In this document: piece by piece, positions 44,708-53,835 of the stretch
Layout of the letters: each line of letters begins with the position of its first letter
Numbering within the stretch: the first letter of the stretch is position 1
Source of the DNA: Candidatus Minthosoma caballi
GTDB lineage: Bacteria > Bacteroidota > Bacteroidia > Bacteroidales > Bacteroidaceae
DNA: 64,000 nt
Direction of reading: 5' to 3'
NCBI GenBank assembly: GCA_018064505.1
Contig: JAGHVC010000024.1
Location: 28,845 to 92,844 of the forward strand
Notes under the pieces: generated by a model
Seen by the model: the letters and a program-made list of their open reading frames with translations, nothing else
Database searches by the model: none
What the model was told of the DNA's origin: nothing
Made by a program: the position numbers and the translations under genes

Positions 44708-46267
44708 TTAGTTTATTGTAACTTCAAGAGCATAAGGTAATGTGCGCTCTATGCCATCAGGTCCTTTAACTCGAACTCGGCTGATATTAAAGAACTTGCC
44801 ACGATTAAGGCCACGAATAACCTCTCGCTGGCGAGGAGTGAAATCTGCAGAACTTGACACCTCTGGCACCACATTGCCCATATTGTCAACGAAGCGAGTT
44901 TCAAAGCCAAGCACAGTGAATGGAATATCAAGCAAGCCATCATCAATTGCAGCACCAATGCCTTTAGCAGAAAGCAATGTCTGCTTTGACAAACGGCCTC
45001 CTTTGAAACGGGCTGCATTACCCTTCTCGTCAGAATACTGAATGAATGCGGTAGGATCAGGAAGCTTGCGCACATGGAAAGTAAATTTACCCATCTCCTG
45101 CTGGCGACCTTCATTTTCTGCAGTTACAGTAAATGTAACATCCTCTCCCACTTTTGATGGCACAGCCACATAGTTACCGCCATCCTTCTTTGTGAGTGTA
45201 CCGTTCGACATGGAAAGACCAATCTTATTGACAGGAACTCCAGGCACACTGACGCTTATTGGGTTCTGATAACCAGCATAAAGCATGTTCATGAGAGTGG
45301 CGCTAACTGTTGCCGATGGCTCTACGACTGTATATGGCTGAGAGAACTCACGGCGAATAGTTTCACCATTACCATTCTTCATAACAAGATAGCCTTTGAG
45401 GGTAAAATCTCCCGTTGAACCGCACACAGTTTCGTAGCGACCATTAGATGACTTGAGCAAAGTATTGCCTACATAAATCTCGGGACGCTGAGTAGTATCA
45501 ACTGCTGCCATGATAATCTGTGCAGAGAACTTACCGCCACGAACAACTGTCTGTGAGCTAGGAATAACATACGCATTAATTTGATTAACACGCACATCCT
45601 TCACATCGATGTTTGAAATAAGCTGATGAAGCATCTCGCCCTCTGCATAGCGTACATCCGTCTGCAACTTTGTGAGCAGAGTGACTGCCGCTGCCACAGG
45701 AGTATTCTCAAACATGTATTCTTGCCAGTTCTTACCAAGAAGCTTAGCTTTCTGCGGCACCTCTGTAGTGAGGTTTGAACTGATAATATCCTTCTGAGTC
45801 TTATCATTCAGCATCTTGGTGATACCAGCGCAATATGCATCAATAGCATTCTTAAGCTTCTCACCCTTTCCGATGCCAGGGGCAAGCATCACATGAGTGG
45901 CTGCTTCAAGATTGTCGCGTCCCTCAATATTCTCCAAATCAGCATCTTCACCGTCAGCATAACGAACGACTTCCCATTTCAGCTCTTCAGCAAAGAGATA
46001 GAGAGAATCAGACATTGAACGCACTTGCTGCGCCTTCTCATACCATTCGCGAGTCTTCTCAGGATTCTGCTTCATAGCATCTGCCAACTGAGAATATATA
46101 GCCTCGTTCTGGGTGGTAGAGTTCACTTTTGAACGATTAAGACTTTCATCCACAAGCGAGAATCCTTCCAACACATCAGATGACACATTGAGGGCGAGCA
46201 TTGCCATCAACACGACATACATCAGGTTGATCATCTTCTGGCGTGGACTTAATTTCTTGCGTATCAT
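44708..46267 (-). CDS. gldM: T9SS motor-associated protein GldM/PorM
   Basis: 519 aa. The N-terminal SPRQKMINLMYVVLMAMLALNVS is the conserved GldM TM segment. Confidence 0.88.
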   Translation of the reverse strand: MIRKKLSPRQKMINLMYVVLMAMLALNVSSDVLEGFSLVDESLNRSKVNSTTQNEAIYSQLADAMKQNPEKTREWYEKAQQVRSMSDSLYLFAEELKWEVVRYADGEDADLENIEGRDNLEAATHVMLAPGIGKGEKLKNAIDAYCAGITKMLNDKTQKDIISSNLTTEVPQKAKLLGKNWQEYMFENTPVAAAVTLLTKLQTDVRYAEGEMLHQLISNIDVKDVRVNQINAYVIPSSQTVVRGGKFSAQIIMAAVDTTQRPEIYVGNTLLKSSNGRYETVCGSTGDFTLKGYLVMKNGNGETIRREFSQPYTVVEPSATVSATLMNMLYAGYQNPISVSVPGVPVNKIGLSMSNGTLTKKDGGNYVAVPSKVGEDVTFTVTAENEGRQQEMGKFTFHVRKLPDPTAFIQYSDEKGNAARFKGGRLSKQTLLSAKGIGAAIDDGLLDIPFTVLGFETRFVDNMGNVVPEVSSSADFTPRQREVIRGLNRGKFFNISRVRVKGPDGIERTLPYALEVTIN

Positions 46268-46271
46268 AGGC

Positions 46272-47117
46272 TTATCCTATCTTCATCTTAAGTGCTTCAA
46301 CCATCTTTGAATATACCTCGTTGAGCTCTGTGAGCTGCTTAGCAAGCTGCTTTGTCTGCTCGTTCACTTCGTCGATAGTAGCAGACTGAGTGCCTACGCT
46401 GCGAAGCTGCAACTCGTAGAAACGGTTGATGCCTGTAAGCGTGCGGTTCATAGTCTCCATCTCCTCCGAATCGCGAGTGAGACGCCTGCTCTGCTCTGCC
46501 ACCTGCTTGAGCACATCTGTAAGTTCGTTGAGCTGAGCAACATAATTCTTTGTTGCCTCCTGCATTTCTGGAGTCATTGCGTTGTACTGTGCAGAAGAGA
46601 ATACTGGAGCCGAAGAAATATTCTCAGCAAGTTCTGCTGCATTTACAATAGTGACAGGGGTAGGTTCTTGAGGACCACCTGCATTTGCTGAAAGCGGAGC
46701 CACAACTTCTGTTCCGCCCACAATAGGGTCACCGACTACAACTGTTCCACTACCAACAACTCCACCTCTTGGAGCTTTGGCTGCAGCTGATGCTGCATTT
46801 GCGAGTGCTGCTGTTTCTTCTGAAATACCAGAGCCTGCAACAACATTGGCACGAATCTGAGCATCCTCAACTGCCTCTTCTGCAAGCTCGGCAGCATCCA
46901 TGCTCTCCTGTGGCTCAAAACCTGCAAGGAAGAATACGATAACCTCTGTACCCATACCCAAGAAGAGCATGATATCGGCGCCATCAATGTGAGTGAGTTT
47001 GAAGAGCGCTCCTGCAATTACGACTGAGGCACCCCAGCTATACGCATAGTTAAGGAAGGTCTGTCCTGCCTTTGTGCGGAGAAAACGCTGAATTGCGTTA
47101 TATTGTTGTCTTGCCAT
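46272..47117 (-). CDS. gldL: T9SS motor protein GldL/PorL
   Basis: 281 aa. Two N-terminal TM helices (FLNYAYSWGASVVIAGALFKL, IMLFLGMGTEVIVFFLAGFEP) include the conserved Glu. There is an Ala/Gly-rich linker. Confidence 0.85.
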   Translation of the reverse strand: MARQQYNAIQRFLRTKAGQTFLNYAYSWGASVVIAGALFKLTHIDGADIMLFLGMGTEVIVFFLAGFEPQESMDAAELAEEAVEDAQIRANVVAGSGISEETAALANAASAAAKAPRGGVVGSGTVVVGDPIVGGTEVVAPLSANAGGPQEPTPVTIVNAAELAENISSAPVFSSAQYNAMTPEMQEATKNYVAQLNELTDVLKQVAEQSRRLTRDSEEMETMNRTLTGINRFYELQLRSVGTQSATIDEVNEQTKQLAKQLTELNEVYSKMVEALKMKIG

Positions 47118-47190
47118 GTGAACAAGTATAATTTCGAGTTAAAAAAATATTTTTAATAATACCAAGCTTTCTTTCTACATAAAAGAGGGC

Positions 47191-48624
47191 TTATTTCTTT
47201 GCTTTGCTTGCTGTTCCTACCTGACTGCGAACGCAACGGAATCCGATGAATGAGCGTCCAACATTCTGATATTCATTTGAGCGCCAAGCTGATTTGATGA
47301 AGCTTTCTGGATCCTTCCAAGAGCCACCGCGAACACTCTTCTTCTTGAGAGCGTAAGGGTCTTCCTTTGCCGCATTGTAGGTGAGCGTTGGATTCATATC
47401 ACTCATACTGAGCACACCTGCCTCCGTAAATACGGTGCTTGTCCATTCTGCCACATTACCTGCCATGTCATACAAGCCATTTGAGTTAGCGCTGTAAATG
47501 CCCACTTTGCTGGTAATCAAGTTTCCATCCTTAGTGTAGTTGCCCCTATCAGGCTTGAAGTTGGCAAAATAGCATCCTTTCTCGCTTGCCACACCTTCCT
47601 GTTCCCATGGAAGTTCATTGCCATCCTTGCCACGAGCCGCGAACTCCCACTCTGCCTCTGTTGGGAGACGGTAGCGCTGTATGAACTTAGCCTGGCTGCC
47701 TAATCCCTTGAGCAAGAAGTCTGTACGCCAGTTGCAGAATGCATTTGCCTGTTCCCAGTCAACGCCTACTACTGGATATTCATTATAGTTAGGATGCGAG
47801 AAATACAATCTCATGTACACCTCATTCTCTGCATTCTGGAAGTCGTTAATCCAGCAAGTTGTGTCAGGATACACATTTACTATATATGTATTAACAAAAT
47901 CCCACATGCTTGAAAGAGGACGAGTGATTGTCTCGCGATGAATCAGACCATCATCATCAACATAAGCAGTATCCTTCGAAATCATAACAACCTCATTAGG
48001 ATCGACTGTAACATCTGTATTGAGGTTGCGCTCTGCAGGGTTGAGACGATACTTGCGCTTTGCAGCCATCACATAGTCAAACACCTCATAGCGATAGTTG
48101 AGCTGGCTTGCATCAAGCATCTTCTCGCCTGTGACAGGATGAACTGTATAAACGCTTTCTATGGCGCGCTGCTGATCCTCATCAGGATTGCGAGGAATAG
48201 CCTTATTCCAGTTGAGATGAGGAGTGATTGGGTCGCCATTCTTGTCTTCCTCAATCTTGAAGCTTTCATCACCGCCGTATGCTGGGTCTGCAAGACGCTC
48301 ACGGATGATTGAGTCACGCACCCAATACACAAACTGACGATACATAGAGTTTGTCACCTCTTTCTCGTCCATCCAGAATGCATCAACAGAAATGTCGCGT
48401 GTAGGCATGTCCTTGCCCCACAGCGAGTCTGTCTTTTCCGTGCCCATTTTAAGCGAGCCTCTCTTCACAAGCACCATTCCATAAGGCGCTGGTTCAGAGA
48501 TAGATGTACCGCCTGTACCAGTCACCTCTCCGCCAGTAGCATTCGAACCTCCCTTGCTTGAGAAGCACGATGCAACGCCCAGAGCGATAACTGCTGCACA
48601 TATTGCAAATAAAATCTTTTTCAT
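47191..48624 (-). CDS. gldK: T9SS lipoprotein GldK/PorK (FGE-sulfatase/SUMF1-like fold)
   Basis: 477 aa. The lipobox is LGVASCF. SUMF1-like motifs are NVAEWT and RGGSWKD. Confidence 0.88.
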   Translation of the reverse strand: MKKILFAICAAVIALGVASCFSSKGGSNATGGEVTGTGGTSISEPAPYGMVLVKRGSLKMGTEKTDSLWGKDMPTRDISVDAFWMDEKEVTNSMYRQFVYWVRDSIIRERLADPAYGGDESFKIEEDKNGDPITPHLNWNKAIPRNPDEDQQRAIESVYTVHPVTGEKMLDASQLNYRYEVFDYVMAAKRKYRLNPAERNLNTDVTVDPNEVVMISKDTAYVDDDGLIHRETITRPLSSMWDFVNTYIVNVYPDTTCWINDFQNAENEVYMRLYFSHPNYNEYPVVGVDWEQANAFCNWRTDFLLKGLGSQAKFIQRYRLPTEAEWEFAARGKDGNELPWEQEGVASEKGCYFANFKPDRGNYTKDGNLITSKVGIYSANSNGLYDMAGNVAEWTSTVFTEAGVLSMSDMNPTLTYNAAKEDPYALKKKSVRGGSWKDPESFIKSAWRSNEYQNVGRSFIGFRCVRSQVGTASKAKK

Positions 48625-48717
48625 CTTATAATGAGTTTTTTATATTTTCAAATCAATTCTTTCAAAAGCAAAGGCTTAGCCTGCTGTTAAATTTTCGTTT
48701 ATGCTGTTTTTCGTTTA

Positions 48718-49659
48718 TTATAGCCACCTCACACTCTTGTGCCTGTTTCTTCCCTTTTTGAAAAGATCTAAGTCTGCTTGATAACCGAGCACAAGCTCGT
48801 GGCTTCCATTTATGTAACCAACTCCCGATGTGTACATCTGGTAGTTATAGCCAAGTTTTATGCCATGGAAATAGCCTCCAACCAGGAATGTAACAGAAGT
48901 GTTCGGACTATAGCCTAAGCCACCGTAGAACTTCTTGCCATCATACTCGTACAGCATTTTGCACTGCACATCCTCACGCCAAGTATCTAAATCTGACTGC
49001 ACCAGGAAAGATGGCTGTAATGTTAATAACGAATTTTTCAGCTTAATATTGCATCCTCCCATCAAATAAAACATTCTTGACAGTTCCATCTCGTTTGTTT
49101 CGCCTATTTCGATAGTAGGAGCAAGCAAGTGCTGGCCACTGATTCCAAGCCACATTTTAGGGTGATAATAATAAAGACCTGCACCAAGATCCACGGTGTT
49201 GCCATCCATCTGGGAAGAAGGGAATGCTGGGTCAGAATTGTCCTCAAGCTCCAATCCGCTTGGGTCGATAGTCTCCGACAACAAGCCGCCAAGGAATCCT
49301 ATTGCCAATCTTCCTTTCTTACCAATCTTAGCATTGTAAGCATACTGAAGGCTAATTTTTGTTGTCTTGAAAATACCTATTTCATCATTCAGGAAACTCA
49401 CGCCTGCACCATGGCGAGGACTAAGGAAATAAATTGGCAAATCTGCACCAACATACATCGTTGCTGGCGCATCATCATAACCTACCATTTGCATTGAATA
49501 CGCAGCTTGCACATTCAAGATGCCCTCTGTGCCTGACACTGCCGGGTTATAATACGACTTTAAGGCTGTGAAGTCCGAGAACTGCACATCCAACTGTGCT
49601 CTTATTGACGCAGAAAATGCCAAGAAGAGTGATACTATTGCAAAAAGCCGCTTTGCCAT
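48718..49659 (-). CDS. porP: PorP/SprF family T9SS outer-membrane protein
   Basis: I prefer the start MAKRLFAIVSLFLAFSASIRAQ (ATG 49659). QLDVQFSDFTALKSYYNPAVSG fits the PorP/SprF N-terminal motif. It lies directly upstream of gldK. Confidence 0.8.
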   Translation of the reverse strand: MAKRLFAIVSLFLAFSASIRAQLDVQFSDFTALKSYYNPAVSGTEGILNVQAAYSMQMVGYDDAPATMYVGADLPIYFLSPRHGAGVSFLNDEIGIFKTTKISLQYAYNAKIGKKGRLAIGFLGGLLSETIDPSGLELEDNSDPAFPSSQMDGNTVDLGAGLYYYHPKMWLGISGQHLLAPTIEIGETNEMELSRMFYLMGGCNIKLKNSLLTLQPSFLVQSDLDTWREDVQCKMLYEYDGKKFYGGLGYSPNTSVTFLVGGYFHGIKLGYNYQMYTSGVGYINGSHELVLGYQADLDLFKKGRNRHKSVRWL

Positions 49660-49889
49660 ACTGTGGTTTAAACTAAAAATACCGACAATATATTGTGAAA
49701 AGTTAGTGAAAAATAACCAAATATCCAATAAATTATCAGCAACTTAAACGATTAAGCAAGTTTTAGAAAAAAAAATGAGGACGCTAGATTCACACCCCAC
49801 GCCCCCCATAAAAAAACAGAGTTAGTCAATATTACTTTTAATAGGTACTTATGTTCACTATGAGATAGTACGAATATTAATTCAAAAAA

Positions 49890-50417
49890 TTAAAAACCGC
49901 CGCCGAAGCCGCCACCTCCGAAGCCGCCGCCACCAAAGCCACCGCCTGGACGACCACCACCGAAGCCGCCACCTGGACGACCACCACCGAAGCCCTGACG
50001 CATGCCCTGGCGCTGCAAGAAAATCTGTGCAGCCTGAGCTGGCGTAAGGATTTCAAGGAACTTTGCAAGATATTCCTTATCTACTGCAAGCTGTGCCTCC
50101 TGGCCCTTGAACTGCTTTTCAATCAGTTCTGCAGCTTGAGCATCCGTGATCTTCTTCAAGTCAATCTTCTCATCCTCAGCATTCTCGCCCTTTGGGTTTG
50201 CCGCATTGTGACGAGCTGTCTGGTAGTCAAGATAAAGCACCTTGAACACCCCTTCCTTGTCGTCATCAAGCTTCATCTGCTTTGCAAGACGCTCAGCCAT
50301 ACGATTATACATCTCTGTTGGGTCAAGTCTCTGACGCTGTCCGCCATTGAACCCTTGTGCCATTGCAACAGTCGCAACAAACACAAATACTAATGTTGTG
50401 AAGACAAACTTTTTCAT
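49890..50417 (-). CDS. Periplasmic Spy/CpxP-like (DUF4890-like) protein with a Gly-rich C-terminal repeat
   Basis: 175 aa with signal peptide ...VATVAMAQGF. It is helical and charged. The tail is GFGGGRPGGGFGGGRPGGGFGGGGFGGGGFGGGF. A paralogue lies at 53164-53556. Confidence 0.55.
   Translation of the reverse strand: MKKFVFTTLVFVFVATVAMAQGFNGGQRQRLDPTEMYNRMAERLAKQMKLDDDKEGVFKVLYLDYQTARHNAANPKGENAEDEKIDLKKITDAQAAELIEKQFKGQEAQLAVDKEYLAKFLEILTPAQAAQIFLQRQGMRQGFGGGRPGGGFGGGRPGGGFGGGGFGGGGFGGGF
49893..49991. repeat. Coding tandem repeats (27-bp x2 plus shorter 12-15-bp units) encoding the GGGF/GGGRPG tail
   Basis: GCCACCGCCTGGACGACCACCACCGAA (49938-49964) and GCCGCCACCTGGACGACCACCACCGAA (49965-49991), preceded by GCCGCCACC-type units. 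Confidence 0.8.
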
Positions 50418-50569
50418 ATTACTTTTGTATTATTATTTAGCCTTTTTGTGGGGTTTGAATTGTAAGACGAAGAATTTACGAAAAAGTTTAATTAAAACCG
50501 TGTTAAAAAATGTAAAGAGTCTGTTTTGTAGTTAATTTCCTTTGAATAACAATAAGTCTACATCGTGCA

Positions 50570-50767
50570 TTATTTGGATTTCAGCAACCCATACACATTA
50601 TATCCGAACCATCCAACCGCAGCTCCGAAGATTGTGCTCATTATATAGAATGTGGAAAGGTTCTCGTCACCCGCTGGCAACGCAACAGAGAAATATACGC
50701 TGGCTCCGAAGCACAATGCCACGAAGACCAGCGATACTATCATCATTATAAGTTTAGCTTTTTCCAT
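50570..50767 (-). CDS. Small two-TM membrane protein (about 65 aa)
   Basis: MEKAKLIMMIVSLVFVALCFGASVYFSVAL...STIFGAAVGWFGYNVYGLL. The start at 50767 avoids overlap with the cysS 3' end. No family recognised. Confidence 0.35.
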   Translation of the reverse strand: MEKAKLIMMIVSLVFVALCFGASVYFSVALPAGDENLSTFYIMSTIFGAAVGWFGYNVYGLLKSK

Positions 50768-50775
50768 TTCGTTTG

Positions 50776-52293
50776 CTACTTGTTGAGTTTCCAAGAGAAA
50801 CCGTCCTTTGTGTCCTTCACTTCAAATCCGAGTGCAGCCAGATTGTCGCGAATAAGGTCGCTTGTAGCCCAATCCTTATTAGCCTTTGCCTTCATGCGCT
50901 GCTCAAGAAGCATATCAACAACCTTGCCGAATGCCTCTTCGCGAGCATCATTCGAAGCAGAAGCACTTGCGCTGCCAGCATTTGCCTTCAAGCCGAGAAG
51001 CTCTATAGCAAAAGTCTGGAACAATGCCTTCATTGCCTCAAGCGCCTCTTCTGTAAACGAAGCCTTCTTGTCAGCAGCAAGATTCACGAGTTTGCATGCC
51101 TCAAAGAGATTACTGATCACGATAGGAGTGTTAAAGTCGTCATACATAGCATCATAGCACTTCTGACGAATAGCCTCAACATCGCTTACCTCAACATTCT
51201 TAGCCCCTGCAGCAGCACCTTGCACGAGTGCAGGAGTGAGGTTTCTGTATGCATCCATCAATCTCTCATATCCTTTCTCTGCAGCCTGAAGAGCTTCGTT
51301 GCTGAAGTCAACTGTGCTGCGATAATGAGCCTGAAGAATGAAGAAACGGATTGTCATTGGAGAGTATGCACGCTCCAGCTTTGGATGGTCGCCGCTGAAG
51401 AACTGAGGCAATGTAATGAAGTTGCCAAGAGACTTACCCATCTTCTGACCATCAATAGTTATCATATTGTTATGCAGCCAGTAAGCAACCATCTGGTCGC
51501 CTTGGCTTGCAACTGCCTGTGCAATTTCACATTCGTGATGAGGGAACACGAGGTCCATGCCTCCGCCATGAATATCGAAGTGAGAGCCAAGGTATTTTCT
51601 ACCCATTGCAGTACACTCGCAATGCCAGCCTGGGAAGCCATCGCTCCATGGACTTGGCCAACGCATAATGTGCTCAGGCTGAGCAGCTTTCCACAATGCA
51701 AAGTCTGCCTGGTTTTTCTTTTCTCCCACGCCTGCAAGAGTGTCACGACTTGCATCTTTTGTATTCTCAAGAGAACGGCCTGAAAGAATGCCGTACTTGT
51801 GCACCTTGTTATATTTCTCCACATCGAAGTAGATAGAACCGTTGCTCTCGTACGCAAATCCATTGTCGAGAATCTGCTTCACAAGTTCCTGCTGCTCAAT
51901 AATGTGGCCAGTAGCATGAGGCTCGATGCTTGGAGGCAAACAGCCGAGAGCATCCATAGCTTCATGGAATCTATTTGTATAATACTGAGCCACTTCCATA
52001 GGCTCAAGCTGCTCGAGGCGCGCTTTCTTTGCTATCTTATCCTCGCCCTCGTCAGCATCATGTTCCAAGTGGCCCACATCGGTGATGTTGCGCACATAGC
52101 GAACTTTATAGCCAAGGTGCTGAAGAAAACGGAAAACAATGTCAAAAGTAATTGCCGGACGAGCATGTCCAAGGTGAGCGTCACCATATACTGTAGGTCC
52201 ACAGACATACATGCCCACATGTGGCGCATGCAGTGGGCGGAACACTTCTTTCTTTCTTGTCAGAGTGTTGTAAACATAAAGTGCTTGTTCCAT
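50776..52293 (-). CDS. cysS: Cysteine--tRNA ligase
   Basis: 505 aa. The HIGH motif is [10 protein letters not shown] and the KMSKS motif is KMGKSLGN. The N-terminus is typical ([11 protein letters not shown]). Confidence 0.93.
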   Translation of the reverse strand: MEQALYVYNTLTRKKEVFRPLHAPHVGMYVCGPTVYGDAHLGHARPAITFDIVFRFLQHLGYKVRYVRNITDVGHLEHDADEGEDKIAKKARLEQLEPMEVAQYYTNRFHEAMDALGCLPPSIEPHATGHIIEQQELVKQILDNGFAYESNGSIYFDVEKYNKVHKYGILSGRSLENTKDASRDTLAGVGEKKNQADFALWKAAQPEHIMRWPSPWSDGFPGWHCECTAMGRKYLGSHFDIHGGGMDLVFPHHECEIAQAVASQGDQMVAYWLHNNMITIDGQKMGKSLGNFITLPQFFSGDHPKLERAYSPMTIRFFILQAHYRSTVDFSNEALQAAEKGYERLMDAYRNLTPALVQGAAAGAKNVEVSDVEAIRQKCYDAMYDDFNTPIVISNLFEACKLVNLAADKKASFTEEALEAMKALFQTFAIELLGLKANAGSASASASNDAREEAFGKVVDMLLEQRMKAKANKDWATSDLIRDNLAALGFEVKDTKDGFSWKLNK

Positions 52294-52333
52294 TCGCTGT
52301 TTACTATATATTATAATGTGTACTATTTTAATG

Positions 52334-52341
52334 CAAAGTTA
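52334..52341 (-). promoter_or_regulatory. Candidate -7 box (TAACTTTG) for cysS
   Basis: The reverse strand reads TAACTTTG, 40 nt upstream of the ATG at 52293. Confidence 0.45.
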
Positions 52342-52373
52342 GGCATATTTTCTCACGCTGCAAACTTACTCGC

Positions 52374-52925
52374 CTATTTTTTAACCATTCGTAAGTAATT
52401 ATCCCCGAAAATAAACAATTTGCCATCTTCCTCAAAGCCAAGATGACGGTACAAAGCATAAGCATTGGTATTGTCAGGATCGCAAGCCAAAACCGGCAGC
52501 AGCCCTTTGTCCTTGGCAATTCCTACGCCACGATTCAGCAGTGCAGTACCCACTCCTTTGCCTCTCCATTTTGGCAGCACAGCCAACGAGTCAAGATAGT
52601 ACTCACCTTCTCTTGTCTCGTCATCCATGTGATCGGCATCAAACGAAATGAATTTCTTCACCAAGCTGAAAGTGAACACCTTAACATCATGATATCCCTT
52701 CCCCTCGTATGCAATCAGCGCACCTGCAATCTCGCCGTCAACCTCTGCAATAGTAGCATTTCGCCACGAGTACAAAGTATCCGTTCTGCTGCACACATCC
52801 ACCAGATGCTTCTCAGGCACACGCCCCTCCTCCATCATCGGCACTTCCACCGCCTCAAGCATGACCGTTGCCACAAACTCAGCATCTTCTATTGTTGCTG
52901 ACCTAAACACACACTGATTTTCCAT
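52374..52925 (-). CDS. GNAT family N-acetyltransferase
   Basis: 183 aa. The acetyl-CoA motif A is LAVLPKWRGKGVGTALL. A candidate -7 box, TACCTTTG, lies at 52987-52994. Confidence 0.8.
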   Translation of the reverse strand: MENQCVFRSATIEDAEFVATVMLEAVEVPMMEEGRVPEKHLVDVCSRTDTLYSWRNATIAEVDGEIAGALIAYEGKGYHDVKVFTFSLVKKFISFDADHMDDETREGEYYLDSLAVLPKWRGKGVGTALLNRGVGIAKDKGLLPVLACDPDNTNAYALYRHLGFEEDGKLFIFGDNYLRMVKK

Positions 52926-53163
52926 ACGCTTTTTCTTTCTTGAATTATCTCATTGCCAACTCTCTATTCCATCAACAAACCTAATGCAAAGGTACATAAA
53001 TATACAAAAACAGCAAGCGTTTTGTCACCAAAACTTGGTGTCTGTACCATGCAGAAAAATGAAGGACAACTCGAAAGAGCTGCCCTTCTATAAACATCAT
53101 ACTTAATGAGAACTTCTAAGAAAACTTTATTCTAATTAATTTCATTACACACTTTTATATTCA

Positions 53164-53556
53164 TTATCTTGGGCCACCGCCACCAAAACGCTGACGACGC
53201 TCAGCCTGCATCTTTTCGTAAGCAGCAACTTGCTCCTCATTCAAAAGAGCCTTGATTGCAGCATTCTGCTCTTCGTTACGCTTTCTCATCTTCTCACGAT
53301 CAAAACTCTGACGGAAATCGCCTCCTGCAGCCTGGATAGAATCAAGCTCTACCTTCATCTTCTCTGCATTCTTAATCAGCAGATCACACACTGACTTGTA
53401 CTGTTCGTCGCTGAGGTTGCAAGCATTCTTGATCTGCTCTGCCTGACGAGTGGCCATTTCCTTAGGATTGAATTCACGGCGCTGGAAACCTTGAGCCATT
53501 GCGCTCACTGTCATCAGCATTACGATGAGGGAAAGGATAATCTTTTTCATAATCAA
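53164..53556 (-). CDS. Periplasmic Spy/CpxP-like (DUF4890-like) protein, short paralogue
   Basis: 130 aa. The signal peptide ends AMAQGF. It shares the AQGF..R...P.EM..R.AE pattern with the 49890-50417 product, and it ends RQRFGGGGPR. Confidence 0.5.
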   Translation of the reverse strand: MIMKKIILSLIVMLMTVSAMAQGFQRREFNPKEMATRQAEQIKNACNLSDEQYKSVCDLLIKNAEKMKVELDSIQAAGGDFRQSFDREKMRKRNEEQNAAIKALLNEEQVAAYEKMQAERRQRFGGGGPR

Positions 53557-53673
53557 TTCTTTATTAAATAGGTTTTGTAGATAAATTGTTCAGTCGTTAC
53601 GATTTGTATGACCGACATAATTAGAAAAAGTTTAATCCCTACACAAATATTTTTCTCCTTTTTTCTGTTCCAG

Positions 53674-53766
53674 AACTCTCTGCCCGTCACGCTTCATTGC
53701 TTACGCCTTGTAAGCCATATCGCTTCAGCCCGATAAGCGATGATGCGTGACGGGCGCAAGCTTTTC
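53674..53766 (+). repeat. Y-shaped palindromic intergenic repeat, copy C3
   Basis: AACTCTCTGCCCGTCACGC-TTCAT-[GCTTAC-GCCTT-GTAAGC]-[ATCGCTT-N9-AAGCGAT]-GATGC-GTGACGGGCGCAAGCTTTTC. The outer stem is a perfect 11 bp (GCCCGTCACGC / GCGTGACGGGC). Confidence 0.8.
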
Positions 53767-53835
53767 ATCCTCTGCCGTGCGACTCTCAAGCGATGTAATC
53801 ACAACACTTTCGGCGCAAAAGCATAGGTTCCTTTT

